This document shows, piece after piece, positions 1 through 9,027 of a stretch of 64,000 nucleotides of DNA. Below the pieces are notes generated by a model that was not told the DNA's origin, did no database searches, and worked only from the letters and a program-made list of their open reading frames with translations. How positions within the stretch are numbered: the first letter of the stretch is position 1; each line of letters begins with the position of its first letter. The translations under genes were made by a program, and so were the position numbers. Source of the stretch: Reichenbachiella sp. (GTDB lineage Bacteria > Bacteroidota > Bacteroidia > Cytophagales > Cyclobacteriaceae); assembly GCF_965223055.1 (NCBI RefSeq), contig NZ_CBDCVM010000005.1:318739-382738 (forward strand). The letters run 5' to 3'.

Positions 1-804
1 ATTGTTGGCCACGTTGACTGTGGTGTCCAGACCAACTACGTCCATGGTACGGAATGTAGCCGACTTTGCTCGGCCAATGATCGGGCCTGTAAGTTTATCC
101 ACCTCACCAACAGTGAGGCCGATTTTTTCTACGGCATGCATACCAGACATAATCGCGTAGATTCCAATTCGATTAGCGATAAATGCAGGTGTGTCTTTAC
201 ATAGTACAGTTTCTTTTCCAAGGAATAGGTCTCCATAATTCATCAAGAAATCAACTATTTCTGGATCTGTCTCTTTAGTTGGTATAATCTCCAACAATCT
301 CAAATATCTCGGAGGGTTGAAAAAATGCGTTCCGCAGAAATGCTTTTTGAAATCCTCGCTCCGGCCATCGGCCATAAAGTGGATAGGAATACCTGAAGTA
401 TTGGAAGTTACTAACGTACCTGGCTTTCTATATTTTTCTACTTGTTCGAAAACAATCTTCTTAATATCAAGTCTTTCCACGACCACTTCCATGATCCAAT
501 CGTATGCCGAAATTTTCGACATATCATCTTCAAAATTTCCGAGGGTGACCAGACTTGCACTCTTTTTATCATAAAGTGAAGCAGGCTTCGATTTCATTGT
601 ATTCTGAAATGCAGTATTGACAATTCGGTTACGAACCGCTTTGTCTTCAAGTGTGAGACCTTTTGCCTTCTCTGCTTCCTCCAATTCTTTCGGCACAATA
701 TCGAGGAGCAATACTTCTACTCCAATATTTGCAAAATGACAGGCGATTCGAGATCCCATGATTCCGGAACCAAGTATCGCTACTTTTTTTATAGCTCTAT
801 TCAT
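1..804 (-). CDS. fadN: 3-hydroxyacyl-CoA dehydrogenase / enoyl-CoA hydratase family protein (FadN-like), N-terminal part, runs off the window edge
   Basis: Not in the ORF track; translated manually from ATG at 804-802: MNRAIKKVAILGSGIMGSRIACHFANIGVEVLLLDIVP (Rossmann GxGxxG), later SNTSGIPI and GTHFFNPPRYLRLLE, which are typical 3-HCDH motifs. Start overlaps the MarR stop. Confidence 0.9.
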   Translation of the reverse strand, partial: MNRAIKKVAILGSGIMGSRIACHFANIGVEVLLLDIVPKELEEAEKAKGLTLEDKAVRNRIVNTAFQNTMKSKPASLYDKKSASLVTLGNFEDDMSKISAYDWIMEVVVERLDIKKIVFEQVEKYRKPGTLVTSNTSGIPIHFMADGRSEDFKKHFCGTHFFNPPRYLRLLEIIPTKETDPEIVDFLMNYGDLFLGKETVLCKDTPAFIANRIGIYAIMSGMHAVEKIGLTVGEVDKLTGPIIGRAKSATFRTMDVVGLDTTVNVANN

Positions 805-1261
805 TTTCGATTAACTGTATTTTTTGGTCAAGATTTTTATTTTCTTCTATTACATTGTCAATGGTGGTCATCACTTCAAAAAAGGCTTCTAGTTTTTTAG
901 GTGATACCGATTCTCTCACTTTTTCATTAAAAAAAATGACGGCTTTTCTTGAAAAGTCTCTTTGTTTTTTTCCTGCTTCAGTAAGATAGATTCTTACAGA
1001 GCGTTTGTCTTCTGTATCTCTTTCTCTATAGATCAGTCCGGTTTCTTCCATTGTTTTGAGCATACGGGTCAAACTTCTGGATTCCATCCCGAGTAACGGC
1101 GCGATTTTCGTTGCGGGTGTACCTTCGTCCTGATCAATGTTGAGAAGTACAAATCCTGATGAAGCGGTAATGCCTTTCATCGCGCCTCCCTGGTTATACA
1201 TTCTAGATATGGCATGCCAAACTACTTTGATGTGATAATCGACCGTTTCTTCTTTACGCAT
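797..1261 (-). CDS. MarR family transcriptional regulator, probably the regulator of the fadN operon
   Basis: 154 aa, winged-helix signature (SLTRMLKTMEETGLIYRERDTEDKRSVRIYLT); overlaps the fadN start by 8 nt. Confidence 0.9.
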   Translation of the reverse strand: MRKEETVDYHIKVVWHAISRMYNQGGAMKGITASSGFVLLNIDQDEGTPATKIAPLLGMESRSLTRMLKTMEETGLIYRERDTEDKRSVRIYLTEAGKKQRDFSRKAVIFFNEKVRESVSPKKLEAFFEVMTTIDNVIEENKNLDQKIQLIENE

Positions 1262-1299
1262 GTGCTTCTCGAATTAAGTAAGTAACTTTCGGTGGAAAC

Positions 1300-1307
1300 C
1301 AAAGATA
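1300..1307 (-). promoter_or_regulatory. Bacteroidota sigma-A -7 element (TATCTTTG) upstream of marR
   Basis: Matches the TAnnTTTG consensus on the minus strand about 40 nt upstream of the marR start. Confidence 0.6.
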
Positions 1308-1310
1308 TAC

Positions 1311-1340
1311 AAAATATGTTATGCATGCATACTATATTTT
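1311..1340. promoter_or_regulatory. 30-bp imperfect palindrome, candidate MarR operator
   Basis: AAAATATGTTATGCA|TGCATACTATATTTT, 13 of 15 pairs, immediately upstream of the marR -7 element. Confidence 0.6.
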
Positions 1341-1386
1341 GTAATTATGTTTTCTGTTGAAAAGAATCTGAGGAGTGTGCCCGGGC

Positions 1387-3195
1387 TTAATTGATATTAT
1401 CTCCTCTCAGTTTGCGGAATCTTTTTCTTGCTTCAGCCACATAAACACTTCCTGGATAGGTAATCAAAAAGTCTTTGTAAATTTCCATGGCCTTAGGATT
1501 ATCATACAAATGTTCTTCATAAACCTGAGCAGATAAGAACATAGCGTCATCGCCTAAAATATCTGTTGGATAACCACTGAGAATAGCGCTCAATTCCAAT
1601 AAGGCATTTTCAAAGTTGCCCTTTTCCAGATTAATTCTTGCCATCTTCCAATAGATCTCATCTGTTAATGAATGGCCAGGATAGTCTTTTAACATTTTTC
1701 CAAAAGCAACTAAGGCACTATCCTTTTTGTTTTGGAAAAGCAAAAGTTCAATTGAAGCAAATTTTTTCATTACAAAATCCGATGAGTCCAATGCAGTATT
1801 GTCCTGAATCAGTAAACTGAGTGCAAGTGCGTCATTGGCAATCTCTCTAGTGGTGGCTAATTTTAAAATATCAAGATGACTCTTGGCCAATTCGAAATTG
1901 CCTTGAAAATAATTCAACTGGGCGTTCTTCAATTTCGCATCATAACCAATCGGACTGTCCTTGTTACTCTTCTCTACCTGCGAGTAGAGCAAGGTGGCTT
2001 CCCAAGGATCACCTGTCAATAAATATATATCGCCCAAGTCAAGTTTACTTTTTGCTTTAAGTGAGGGATTAATTCTAGGCGCCGATATGATCTCATTCAA
2101 AATGTTAATTGCAGAATCGAATTCGTCTAAATAAAATGCATGCAACAAAGCTTTGCTTCTATAGGCTTCAATAGTCTGTGTATTTACACCAATATCCAGT
2201 ATCAACTGTTTGTATTCGTATGTCAATTCACGAATAGCCATCTTTTCCACTGGAAAATCGTTTTTTACTTTTTCTTCTCGGGTTTTTATTATCTGTCGAC
2301 GAGCTGTAATGTAGTTACCAGTGTTTGGATATGTCTTAGTGATGTAGGTATAAATCTCAATGGCATCATCATAAGCTTTATTCTTTAGGGCAATGTTTCC
2401 AATACTCATTACCCTATTGCCATGTGTCTTAAATTTTTTGTCCACAGCTTTAGCCTGAATATAAGCACCATAAAAATTGTTCTGTTGCAAATTCACCCAG
2501 ATCAGCAGTTCCGGGTAAATTTTCTGATTAGGATTTTTTTGAATTTTCTCTATGAGTATTTCTTGAAAATTCTGAATGTCTGCTTCCTTTTGAAGAATAT
2601 TCTGGAGAATGTTTTTCACATATCTCAGATTGTTTGGTCTAATCGAAGCAAAAACTAAATACTCTTCTATCATTTCCGATTGCTGATCGAGCAAACGATA
2701 AGTATTTGCTAATTCTAATGCATAACTGGTTTTGTCTTTACTACTTTTTCTAGCTTGTTGATAAGATTTGAGTGCATAAGGCGAAAGCTGTTTGCTAATA
2801 AAATATTGTGCAGCTGTGCCTATAAGAAATCTATTCTCTTTAGAGTTTTCTATGGTTTGATTGAATCTAACTTCTGCTTTTTGTATATCGCCCATTTGCT
2901 GATAAAGAAGCCCATAGTCAATTTGGTAATAAACATTTGACGGATAATATCTTGTTGCCTTCTTCAGATGTTTTTCAGCTTGTTTATAATCACCCTTTGA
3001 AATTAGAATGTTTAGATAGTTGTTATGTATCTGTTGGATGTATTGTGGATTACCGGCTAGCTTTTGATATATATCCAGCGCCTTGTCGAATTCGCCATTG
3101 ATAAAGTACTCATTGGCAAGTTGAACCTGATTAGAATTTTGCGCCGCCCCGAGTGTTGGAATTATTATTAATATCAAATAAAAAAATCTCTTCAT
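1387..3195 (-). CDS. Exported tetratricopeptide-repeat (TPR) protein
   Basis: 602 aa, N-terminal signal peptide, repeated TPR-like helices (e.g. KLDLGDIYLLTGDPWEATLLYSQV). Confidence 0.8.
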   Translation of the reverse strand: MKRFFYLILIIIPTLGAAQNSNQVQLANEYFINGEFDKALDIYQKLAGNPQYIQQIHNNYLNILISKGDYKQAEKHLKKATRYYPSNVYYQIDYGLLYQQMGDIQKAEVRFNQTIENSKENRFLIGTAAQYFISKQLSPYALKSYQQARKSSKDKTSYALELANTYRLLDQQSEMIEEYLVFASIRPNNLRYVKNILQNILQKEADIQNFQEILIEKIQKNPNQKIYPELLIWVNLQQNNFYGAYIQAKAVDKKFKTHGNRVMSIGNIALKNKAYDDAIEIYTYITKTYPNTGNYITARRQIIKTREEKVKNDFPVEKMAIRELTYEYKQLILDIGVNTQTIEAYRSKALLHAFYLDEFDSAINILNEIISAPRINPSLKAKSKLDLGDIYLLTGDPWEATLLYSQVEKSNKDSPIGYDAKLKNAQLNYFQGNFELAKSHLDILKLATTREIANDALALSLLIQDNTALDSSDFVMKKFASIELLLFQNKKDSALVAFGKMLKDYPGHSLTDEIYWKMARINLEKGNFENALLELSAILSGYPTDILGDDAMFLSAQVYEEHLYDNPKAMEIYKDFLITYPGSVYVAEARKRFRKLRGDNIN

Positions 3196-3577
3196 TTCTC
3201 AGTTGTCCACACTTTGACCAAAACCCTAAAATAAAAATATAGATTAAAGAAATTATTATTCTTTATTAGGGACGTGGATATGTGTATAAGTTTTTGTTTT
3301 GTTACTCTTTGTTATTGTTTAGTGTATTACTTAAATCTAGCTACATCTTATTCACATCATAAGTTATTGATTTTTAGTTTGCTATTGACTTATCAACAGA
3401 TTCTTTCTCCTTTGTGAATTAGTTATTTACATCTACGATTGCTGGGAGAAGATGTTGATATTTCATGACTTCTTGAAAGTTATCCTTGGGTTGAAACTGA
3501 ATGGTAGATAATTATGAACTTGTCCGAAGAAGTTCACGGTTTATTCCACCTTGATTTACAATTTATCCACAGGGATT
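3196..3577. other. Candidate replication origin (oriC): AT-rich intergenic cluster of DnaA boxes
   Basis: TTATCCACA 3563-3571 (perfect); TTATTCACA 3348-3356; TGTGTATAA 3281-3289 (reverse TTATACACA); one-mismatch boxes TTGTCCACA 3203-3211, TTATCAACA 3390-3398, TGTGAATTA 3413-3421, TTATTTACA 3423-3431; AT-rich tract about 3216-3268; mnmG and parS sites nearby. Confidence 0.65.
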
Positions 3578-5335
3578 TTAGAAAGAAATTTGAATGTTTT
3601 CTAATTGCCAATTGGCCCGTACATCAAAGATTTCACTATAGAAATAAACACTTTCAGCCATTTCGTCTTTAAGTATATTGCCATATGACCACCGTCCATC
3701 TGAATTGTTGTCTATCATTACTCGAAAGGTGTATTTTCCAGGTTTTACAAATGGAAAAGAAAACTCAGCGGTATTATGAAGCTCTTCAATGACTTCATAT
3801 TTGGCATTAACGAGCTGTAGAGTATATGAGTCGTATGAGGTATTGATTTGACCACTTACAGAGCCCAGTTGATCGAGCGATTTGAATTTATATGTATGTT
3901 GTACTGAAGCTGAGCTGTCTCCTTCTATACTAATAAAGGTTCCTTTTGGAAATGTAAGAGTTACCTGATTCGTATTAACCTTGGAAAAGTATTTGTACTT
4001 TGCTAATCTAACAGAGTCAACATTGGCTGTATCACTTGCAGTTGTAAGAGAATCAACTTCGGTAGTATCTCCATATATTTTGAGTAGTGTGTCTATTTCA
4101 TTTTGGAGAAAGTGCTTATCCAAAAGAATGTCGAAATTGAGTTGGGTTTTGTTGTGATTCCATGAAATAGTACTATCCGGTATGAACTCCTTTTTGAGCG
4201 TATCATAGTTTATAATTATACTGTCTTGGTAGAATTTTTCAATCGGTTTATCAAACGAATAGGTGTGATGAACGAAAGGATCTACATATTCATTGTCTGA
4301 TGGTATGAATGATGATTTGAATGCATCAGGTTTTCTTGAGGTCTCTAAGAATTTTATATATGTAGTGTCATGTGTCTGATTAAACATGCTGTCTGTAGCA
4401 GTAATGAGTAGACCTAAACTATCGACATCATATTGAAAGTCTTCAATTGGATAGAACCTTAAAATCTTGTTGCCTTTAACTCTATTATTCGGAGGTATTG
4501 GAAGGATCGATGTTGAGTCCAATTTTTTAATGTCGTATGCTGTAAAAGGCTTATTGTACTGAATATCAAAATAGCGTCCAGTGTTTTTTGATCTGATATA
4601 TTTAAACTCTGATGCATTGATTAATTGTGTTCGTATGTAGACGGAATCTCTGGATAAATGGAGATTTAAAGAATCTACAAGGAATCCGTGAGCTTCAGTT
4701 TCAGGATTGAGAATGAGGTTTTTATTTTCATCATTGAATGTAAGAATTTTGTAATAGTCATTCTTAATGTTCTCTATGAGGAATTGTCCTTGCTCATTGG
4801 TTTTAGCGAAGTAGCGAGGTTTATCTTTTAATACATCTAATGAATCAGTTAATTGATAAAGGCCGACAACAAATCCTTCTTTGTCTTCATTGTTATATAG
4901 ATCGGTAATTTTTCCGTTGACATAAATAGAGTCGATGTAATGTCCTGTTGAAAATGCAAAGCTTAGATTGACAGCAGGATTTTTTTCTGTGACATCTACT
5001 ACACCATCTGAAAAGTTTAAAGTAAAAGTGGTACTATCACTAAAGGGTTCGTCAAATTCTAACGTGAGTTCATTCTTTCTAACTTTCACATTGAATTTGT
5101 TTTCAATGTGGGGCGTGATGAGTAATTGACTTTTAAGTTTATCTGCATTAACTCTTTCATCAAAGATGAAGTGAAATTCCTGCCCGTGGTATGCTATAGA
5201 TTTATTGGCTGGTGTGGTTTCCAGTAATAGTGGCGGAATAGTATCTCGAGGGCCACCTGTAGGCGTGCCTTGATTGGCACAAGAATATATATATAATGAT
5301 ATTACAATTAAGAATAAGGGAAATAAGGATTTCAT
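3578..5335 (-). CDS. Lipoprotein with N-terminal Ig-like (Big_5-type) domain
   Basis: Lipobox IYSC followed by ANQGTPTGGPRDTIPP, typical of the conserved Bacteroidota Ig-like lipoprotein found downstream of mnmG. Confidence 0.75.
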   Translation of the reverse strand: MKSLFPLFLIVISLYIYSCANQGTPTGGPRDTIPPLLLETTPANKSIAYHGQEFHFIFDERVNADKLKSQLLITPHIENKFNVKVRKNELTLEFDEPFSDSTTFTLNFSDGVVDVTEKNPAVNLSFAFSTGHYIDSIYVNGKITDLYNNEDKEGFVVGLYQLTDSLDVLKDKPRYFAKTNEQGQFLIENIKNDYYKILTFNDENKNLILNPETEAHGFLVDSLNLHLSRDSVYIRTQLINASEFKYIRSKNTGRYFDIQYNKPFTAYDIKKLDSTSILPIPPNNRVKGNKILRFYPIEDFQYDVDSLGLLITATDSMFNQTHDTTYIKFLETSRKPDAFKSSFIPSDNEYVDPFVHHTYSFDKPIEKFYQDSIIINYDTLKKEFIPDSTISWNHNKTQLNFDILLDKHFLQNEIDTLLKIYGDTTEVDSLTTASDTANVDSVRLAKYKYFSKVNTNQVTLTFPKGTFISIEGDSSASVQHTYKFKSLDQLGSVSGQINTSYDSYTLQLVNAKYEVIEELHNTAEFSFPFVKPGKYTFRVMIDNNSDGRWSYGNILKDEMAESVYFYSEIFDVRANWQLENIQISF

Positions 5336-6216
5336 GCTTGTTTAAATATATATATCAAACTGGAATAGTTTTTGTTGTTTTTACGTGCCCAAGTATTTGA
5401 TTTCCAACCGTTTATAACAGATTTTAGATAATTTATTTTACCTGTTTTATGTTTTTCACTAAGCATACTGACATAATAAGCGTCAAGTTTCATAGGTAGA
5501 GTTTCTTCCAATGTGAACTTGTTATATTTCATTAACTCTTTGATAGTCAGTTGATTGAAATGATATAGATGTCTTGGAACATCGTAAGCAGCCCAGTGCT
5601 GTTTATATATTTTTTGATCCAATGACTCGTGATTGGGAACGGCTATAACTAATCTTCCTTTTTTCGATAAATGCTTTTTGAGCGCCTGAATAGTTTCATT
5701 GAGATCATGTACATGCTCGAGTACATGCCATAGTGTGATGATACCAAATTTCTTATCAGGCAGATCATCGATTGAACCTACGACATTCAAGTCGTGATCG
5801 CTGATGGCAATGGTTCTTGCCATTTCATCTGGTTCGATGCCGATTGTTTTCCAGTCTTTGTTTTGTTGAATAAAGTTCAACAAATGACCTGTTCCACATC
5901 CATAGTCCAGAATGGATTTTTTGGATGCCAATCTTTTGATCAGGTTGAATTTTTTTCTGAGCGTATAGTTACGTGCTAATTTGTATACCCAGTTGATCAG
6001 ATTGTTGGCCTGATTTGTATGCGATATATAATCTTCAGATTGATAGTATGATCCAATTTCATCTTTCCCTGGGCGAGGTGAAGTGAGCAAAAGTCCACAA
6101 TTAGAACATTTCATTATTGCGAAACTTTCTTTCGAAACAGAGTAGTCGTCACAAATCATGTGATTGTTGAACTCTTTGGAATTGCAAGAAGGACAGGATT
6201 CTACTTTTTCGTACAT
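5332..6216 (-). CDS. Class I SAM-dependent methyltransferase with N-terminal Zn-ribbon
   Basis: CPSC...CSNC N-terminus, ILDYGCGTG motif I, TLWHVLEHV motif. Confidence 0.85.
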   Translation of the reverse strand: MYEKVESCPSCNSKEFNNHMICDDYSVSKESFAIMKCSNCGLLLTSPRPGKDEIGSYYQSEDYISHTNQANNLINWVYKLARNYTLRKKFNLIKRLASKKSILDYGCGTGHLLNFIQQNKDWKTIGIEPDEMARTIAISDHDLNVVGSIDDLPDKKFGIITLWHVLEHVHDLNETIQALKKHLSKKGRLVIAVPNHESLDQKIYKQHWAAYDVPRHLYHFNQLTIKELMKYNKFTLEETLPMKLDAYYVSMLSEKHKTGKINYLKSVINGWKSNTWARKNNKNYSSLIYIFKQA

Positions 6217-6219
6217 AAA

Positions 6220-8082
6220 TTATCGAGCCATATAGACCATCAATACAGAAATATCTGCGGGATTAACTCCACTGATTCGTGAAGCTTGTCCGAGATTTGT
6301 CGGTTTAATATTAGATAGTTTTTCTTTTGCTTCGGCGGACAAAGCTGGAATATTTCTATAGTTGAATTCACTAGGAATTTTTTTGTTATCCAGGTTACCC
6401 ATTTGATCAGCTAGACTTTTTTCTTTCTCTATATAGGTTTCATATTTTACGAGAATAGATGCCTGCTCGAGTATATCGAGAGGTGTGTTTTGAGTGTACT
6501 CTTGAGCATCTTTATGAAACGCTATTATGTCGTGGATGTCTAATTCTGGTCTACGCAGAAAATTGATCAGAGGAGTTTTTTCTTTGATAGTAGCGGAATT
6601 GATCTCGTTGAGTTTTCCATTGATTTCAGCTGGTTTTACTTTGATCTTGCCAAGCTGATTGATTAGCTCGTCTGTATCTGCTATTTTTTGATTGACTGTG
6701 TCGAGTCGTTCTTTAGAGGCAAGACCAAGCTGATGACCGATTCCTGTTAATCTTATATCGGCATTGTCTTGACGAAGAAGAATTCTGAACTCTGCACGGG
6801 AAGTGAACATTCGATATGGTTCGTCTGTTCCTTTATTGATAAGATCATCTATAAGTACACCGATATATGCTTCAGACCTACCTAGTACGAAGGGCTCTTT
6901 GTCATGTACTTTATTGTGTGCATTTACTCCGGCCATTAATCCTTGACTGGCTGCTTCTTCATAGCCAGTGGTACCGTTGATTTGTCCTGCGAAATATAGG
7001 TTATCGATGAGCTTGGTTTCAAGAGTTGGAGCTAACTGGGTAGGTGGAAAATAATCGTATTCAATTGCATATCCTGGTCGAAACATTTTGACGTTTTCAA
7101 ATCCAGGTATTTTTGTGATTGCTTTGTATTGAACATCTTCTGGTAAACTTGTTGAGAAACCATTCACATATATTTCTACCGTATTCCAGCCTTCTGGTTC
7201 TACAAAGATTTGATGCCTATCTCTTTCTGCAAAGCGATTGATTTTGTCTTCAATAGATGGACAATATCTGGGTCCTAATCCTTTTATTCTTCCGGTGAAC
7301 ATAGGAGATTTCTCAAAGCCTGTCTTTAAAATATCATGTACTTCAGCGTTGGTATATGTGATATGACAGGGCCGTTGATTCTTTAATGGTTTGGTATCGG
7401 TAAAAGAAAATTTACCTGGGGTATCATCTCCAGGCTGCTCTTCCATAACCTGCCAGTTTAAAGACCTTCCATCTACTCTAGGTGGAGTACCTGTTTTCAT
7501 TCTTCCTGACTCGAAGCCTAATTCGACGAGTTGTTCAGTAATACCAGTTGCAGCTTTCTCCCCTGTTCTACCACCGCCAAATCGTTTTTCTCCGATATGG
7601 ATTAGTCCATTGAGAAATGTACCGTTAGTGAGTACCACGGATTTCCCCATGATTTCTATTCCCATGCTAGTTCGTACGCCAATAACACGATTGTTCTTTA
7701 CAACAAGACCAGAAACCATTTCTTGCCAGAAGTCGACGTTAGGCGTTTGCTCTAATGCAATACGCCATTCTTCTGCAAAACGCATTCTATCATTTTGTGT
7801 ACGAGGACTCCACATAGCTGGACCCTTGGATTTATTGAGCATCCTAAATTGGATCATTGACTTATCTGAAATGATTCCTGAGTATCCGCCTAGCGCATCT
7901 ATCTCTCGAACGATCTGTCCTTTGGCTACTCCGCCCATAGCAGGGTTGCATGACATCTGCGCAATGGTATTCATATTCATAGTGATGAGCATCACTTTTG
8001 AACCCATGTTAGCTGCTGCTGCTGCTGCCTCACAACCGGCATGTCCGGCGCCAACTACTATAACATCATATTGTGGAAACAT
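6220..8082 (-). CDS. mnmG: tRNA uridine-5-carboxymethylaminomethyl(34) synthesis enzyme MnmG (GidA)
   Basis: 620 aa; YDVIVVGAGHAGCEAA, MSCNPAMGGVAKGQ, GPRYCPSIEDK, FAGQINGTTGYEEAA. Confidence 0.98.
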   Translation of the reverse strand: MFPQYDVIVVGAGHAGCEAAAAAANMGSKVMLITMNMNTIAQMSCNPAMGGVAKGQIVREIDALGGYSGIISDKSMIQFRMLNKSKGPAMWSPRTQNDRMRFAEEWRIALEQTPNVDFWQEMVSGLVVKNNRVIGVRTSMGIEIMGKSVVLTNGTFLNGLIHIGEKRFGGGRTGEKAATGITEQLVELGFESGRMKTGTPPRVDGRSLNWQVMEEQPGDDTPGKFSFTDTKPLKNQRPCHITYTNAEVHDILKTGFEKSPMFTGRIKGLGPRYCPSIEDKINRFAERDRHQIFVEPEGWNTVEIYVNGFSTSLPEDVQYKAITKIPGFENVKMFRPGYAIEYDYFPPTQLAPTLETKLIDNLYFAGQINGTTGYEEAASQGLMAGVNAHNKVHDKEPFVLGRSEAYIGVLIDDLINKGTDEPYRMFTSRAEFRILLRQDNADIRLTGIGHQLGLASKERLDTVNQKIADTDELINQLGKIKVKPAEINGKLNEINSATIKEKTPLINFLRRPELDIHDIIAFHKDAQEYTQNTPLDILEQASILVKYETYIEKEKSLADQMGNLDNKKIPSEFNYRNIPALSAEAKEKLSNIKPTNLGQASRISGVNPADISVLMVYMAR

Positions 8083-8096
8083 GAAATATCTTCTTG

Positions 8097-8112
8097 TGTT
8101 CCACGTGAAACA
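8097..8112. other. parS site (ParB-binding centromere)
   Basis: TGTTCCACGTGAAACA matches the TGTTNCACGTGAAACA consensus at 16/16. Confidence 0.85.
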
Positions 8113-8133
8113 GTTGTTCGAAGCACATAAAAG

Positions 8134-8149
8134 TGTTCCACGTGAAACG
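8134..8149. other. parS site (second copy)
   Basis: TGTTCCACGTGAAACG, 15/16 to consensus, 37 bp from the first copy. Confidence 0.8.
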
Positions 8150-8161
8150 TTTTAAATTGTC

Positions 8162-8593
8162 TTAACTCTGAAATTGCGGCAAAGATAAATAAGCATTCTC
8201 TTTTTCTCTCATAAGTGATTGCTCAGCATCGGTTTTGTCATTGAATCCCACAAGGTGTAATACGCCATGTATAATGACGCGACGTAGTTCTTTTTCAAAT
8301 GGAATGCCCTGATCCTGTGCGTTGTCTTGCACTCGTTCTATGCTTATGAAGATATCACTCTCAACGATGCCCTCCTCTTCTGAATTGTCGAAGGTGATGA
8401 TGTCGGTGTAATAATCGTGCTGGAGATAATCTACATTAATTTGATGTAGGTATTCGTCTGAGCAGAAGATGTAATTGATTTCAGAAAGTTCATGGTGCTC
8501 TGATGAAATGGTATGAGCGATCCAGGAGCTGATGATTTCTTTATGAGAAAGCTCAAAGGCAGTGTCTTCATAAAAGAAATTGATTTCTGCCAT
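8162..8593 (-). CDS. ybeY: rRNA maturation RNase YbeY
   Basis: HDYYTDIITF and RVIIHGVLHLVGFND (H3XH5XH-type metal site). Confidence 0.95.
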   Translation of the reverse strand: MAEINFFYEDTAFELSHKEIISSWIAHTISSEHHELSEINYIFCSDEYLHQINVDYLQHDYYTDIITFDNSEEEGIVESDIFISIERVQDNAQDQGIPFEKELRRVIIHGVLHLVGFNDKTDAEQSLMREKENAYLSLPQFQS

Positions 8594-8994
8594 TACGGTA
8601 GGTAAAAGCTGAGTTCTACTTTTTTTCCACTGTCTGCAAAAGAAACCTCATCACATAAGTTCTTCATTAAAAAGATTCCTCGACCTCCTGGTTTCTCAAG
8701 ATTTTCAGGTGCAGTGGGGTCAGGTAGATTATCATAGTCGAACCCAGGCCCTTCATCTTCTACGATGAACTTTACTTGATTGTCTTCAAGAGAGAGAGAC
8801 AAATGTACATTTTTTGATTTATCAGATTGATTGCCATGAACAATCGCATTGTTGACTGATTCTGTGACAGCGATCATAATATTACCGTATATATCATCCG
8901 TGAAATTATATTGCTCTTTGGCATTATCTATAAAGCTTTCAATGATTCTAATGTTTTCTGAAAGCGACGGAATCTGAATTTTAATGGCGTCCAT
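8593..8994 (-). CDS. RsbW-like anti-sigma factor / HATPase_c domain protein
   Basis: IAVTESVNNAIVHGN (N box), DEGPGFD (G1), GGRGIFLMKNLCDEV (G2). Confidence 0.85.
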   Translation of the reverse strand: MDAIKIQIPSLSENIRIIESFIDNAKEQYNFTDDIYGNIMIAVTESVNNAIVHGNQSDKSKNVHLSLSLEDNQVKFIVEDEGPGFDYDNLPDPTAPENLEKPGGRGIFLMKNLCDEVSFADSGKKVELSFYLP

Positions 8995-9027
8995 TATTCT
9001 CTGTTAATCAATTTGTTTGCAAATATA

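Noticed and set aside
7391-8155. 254-aa + strand ORF
   Set aside because: Antisense shadow of mnmG with no recognisable motifs; its 3' end simply runs through the parS sites.
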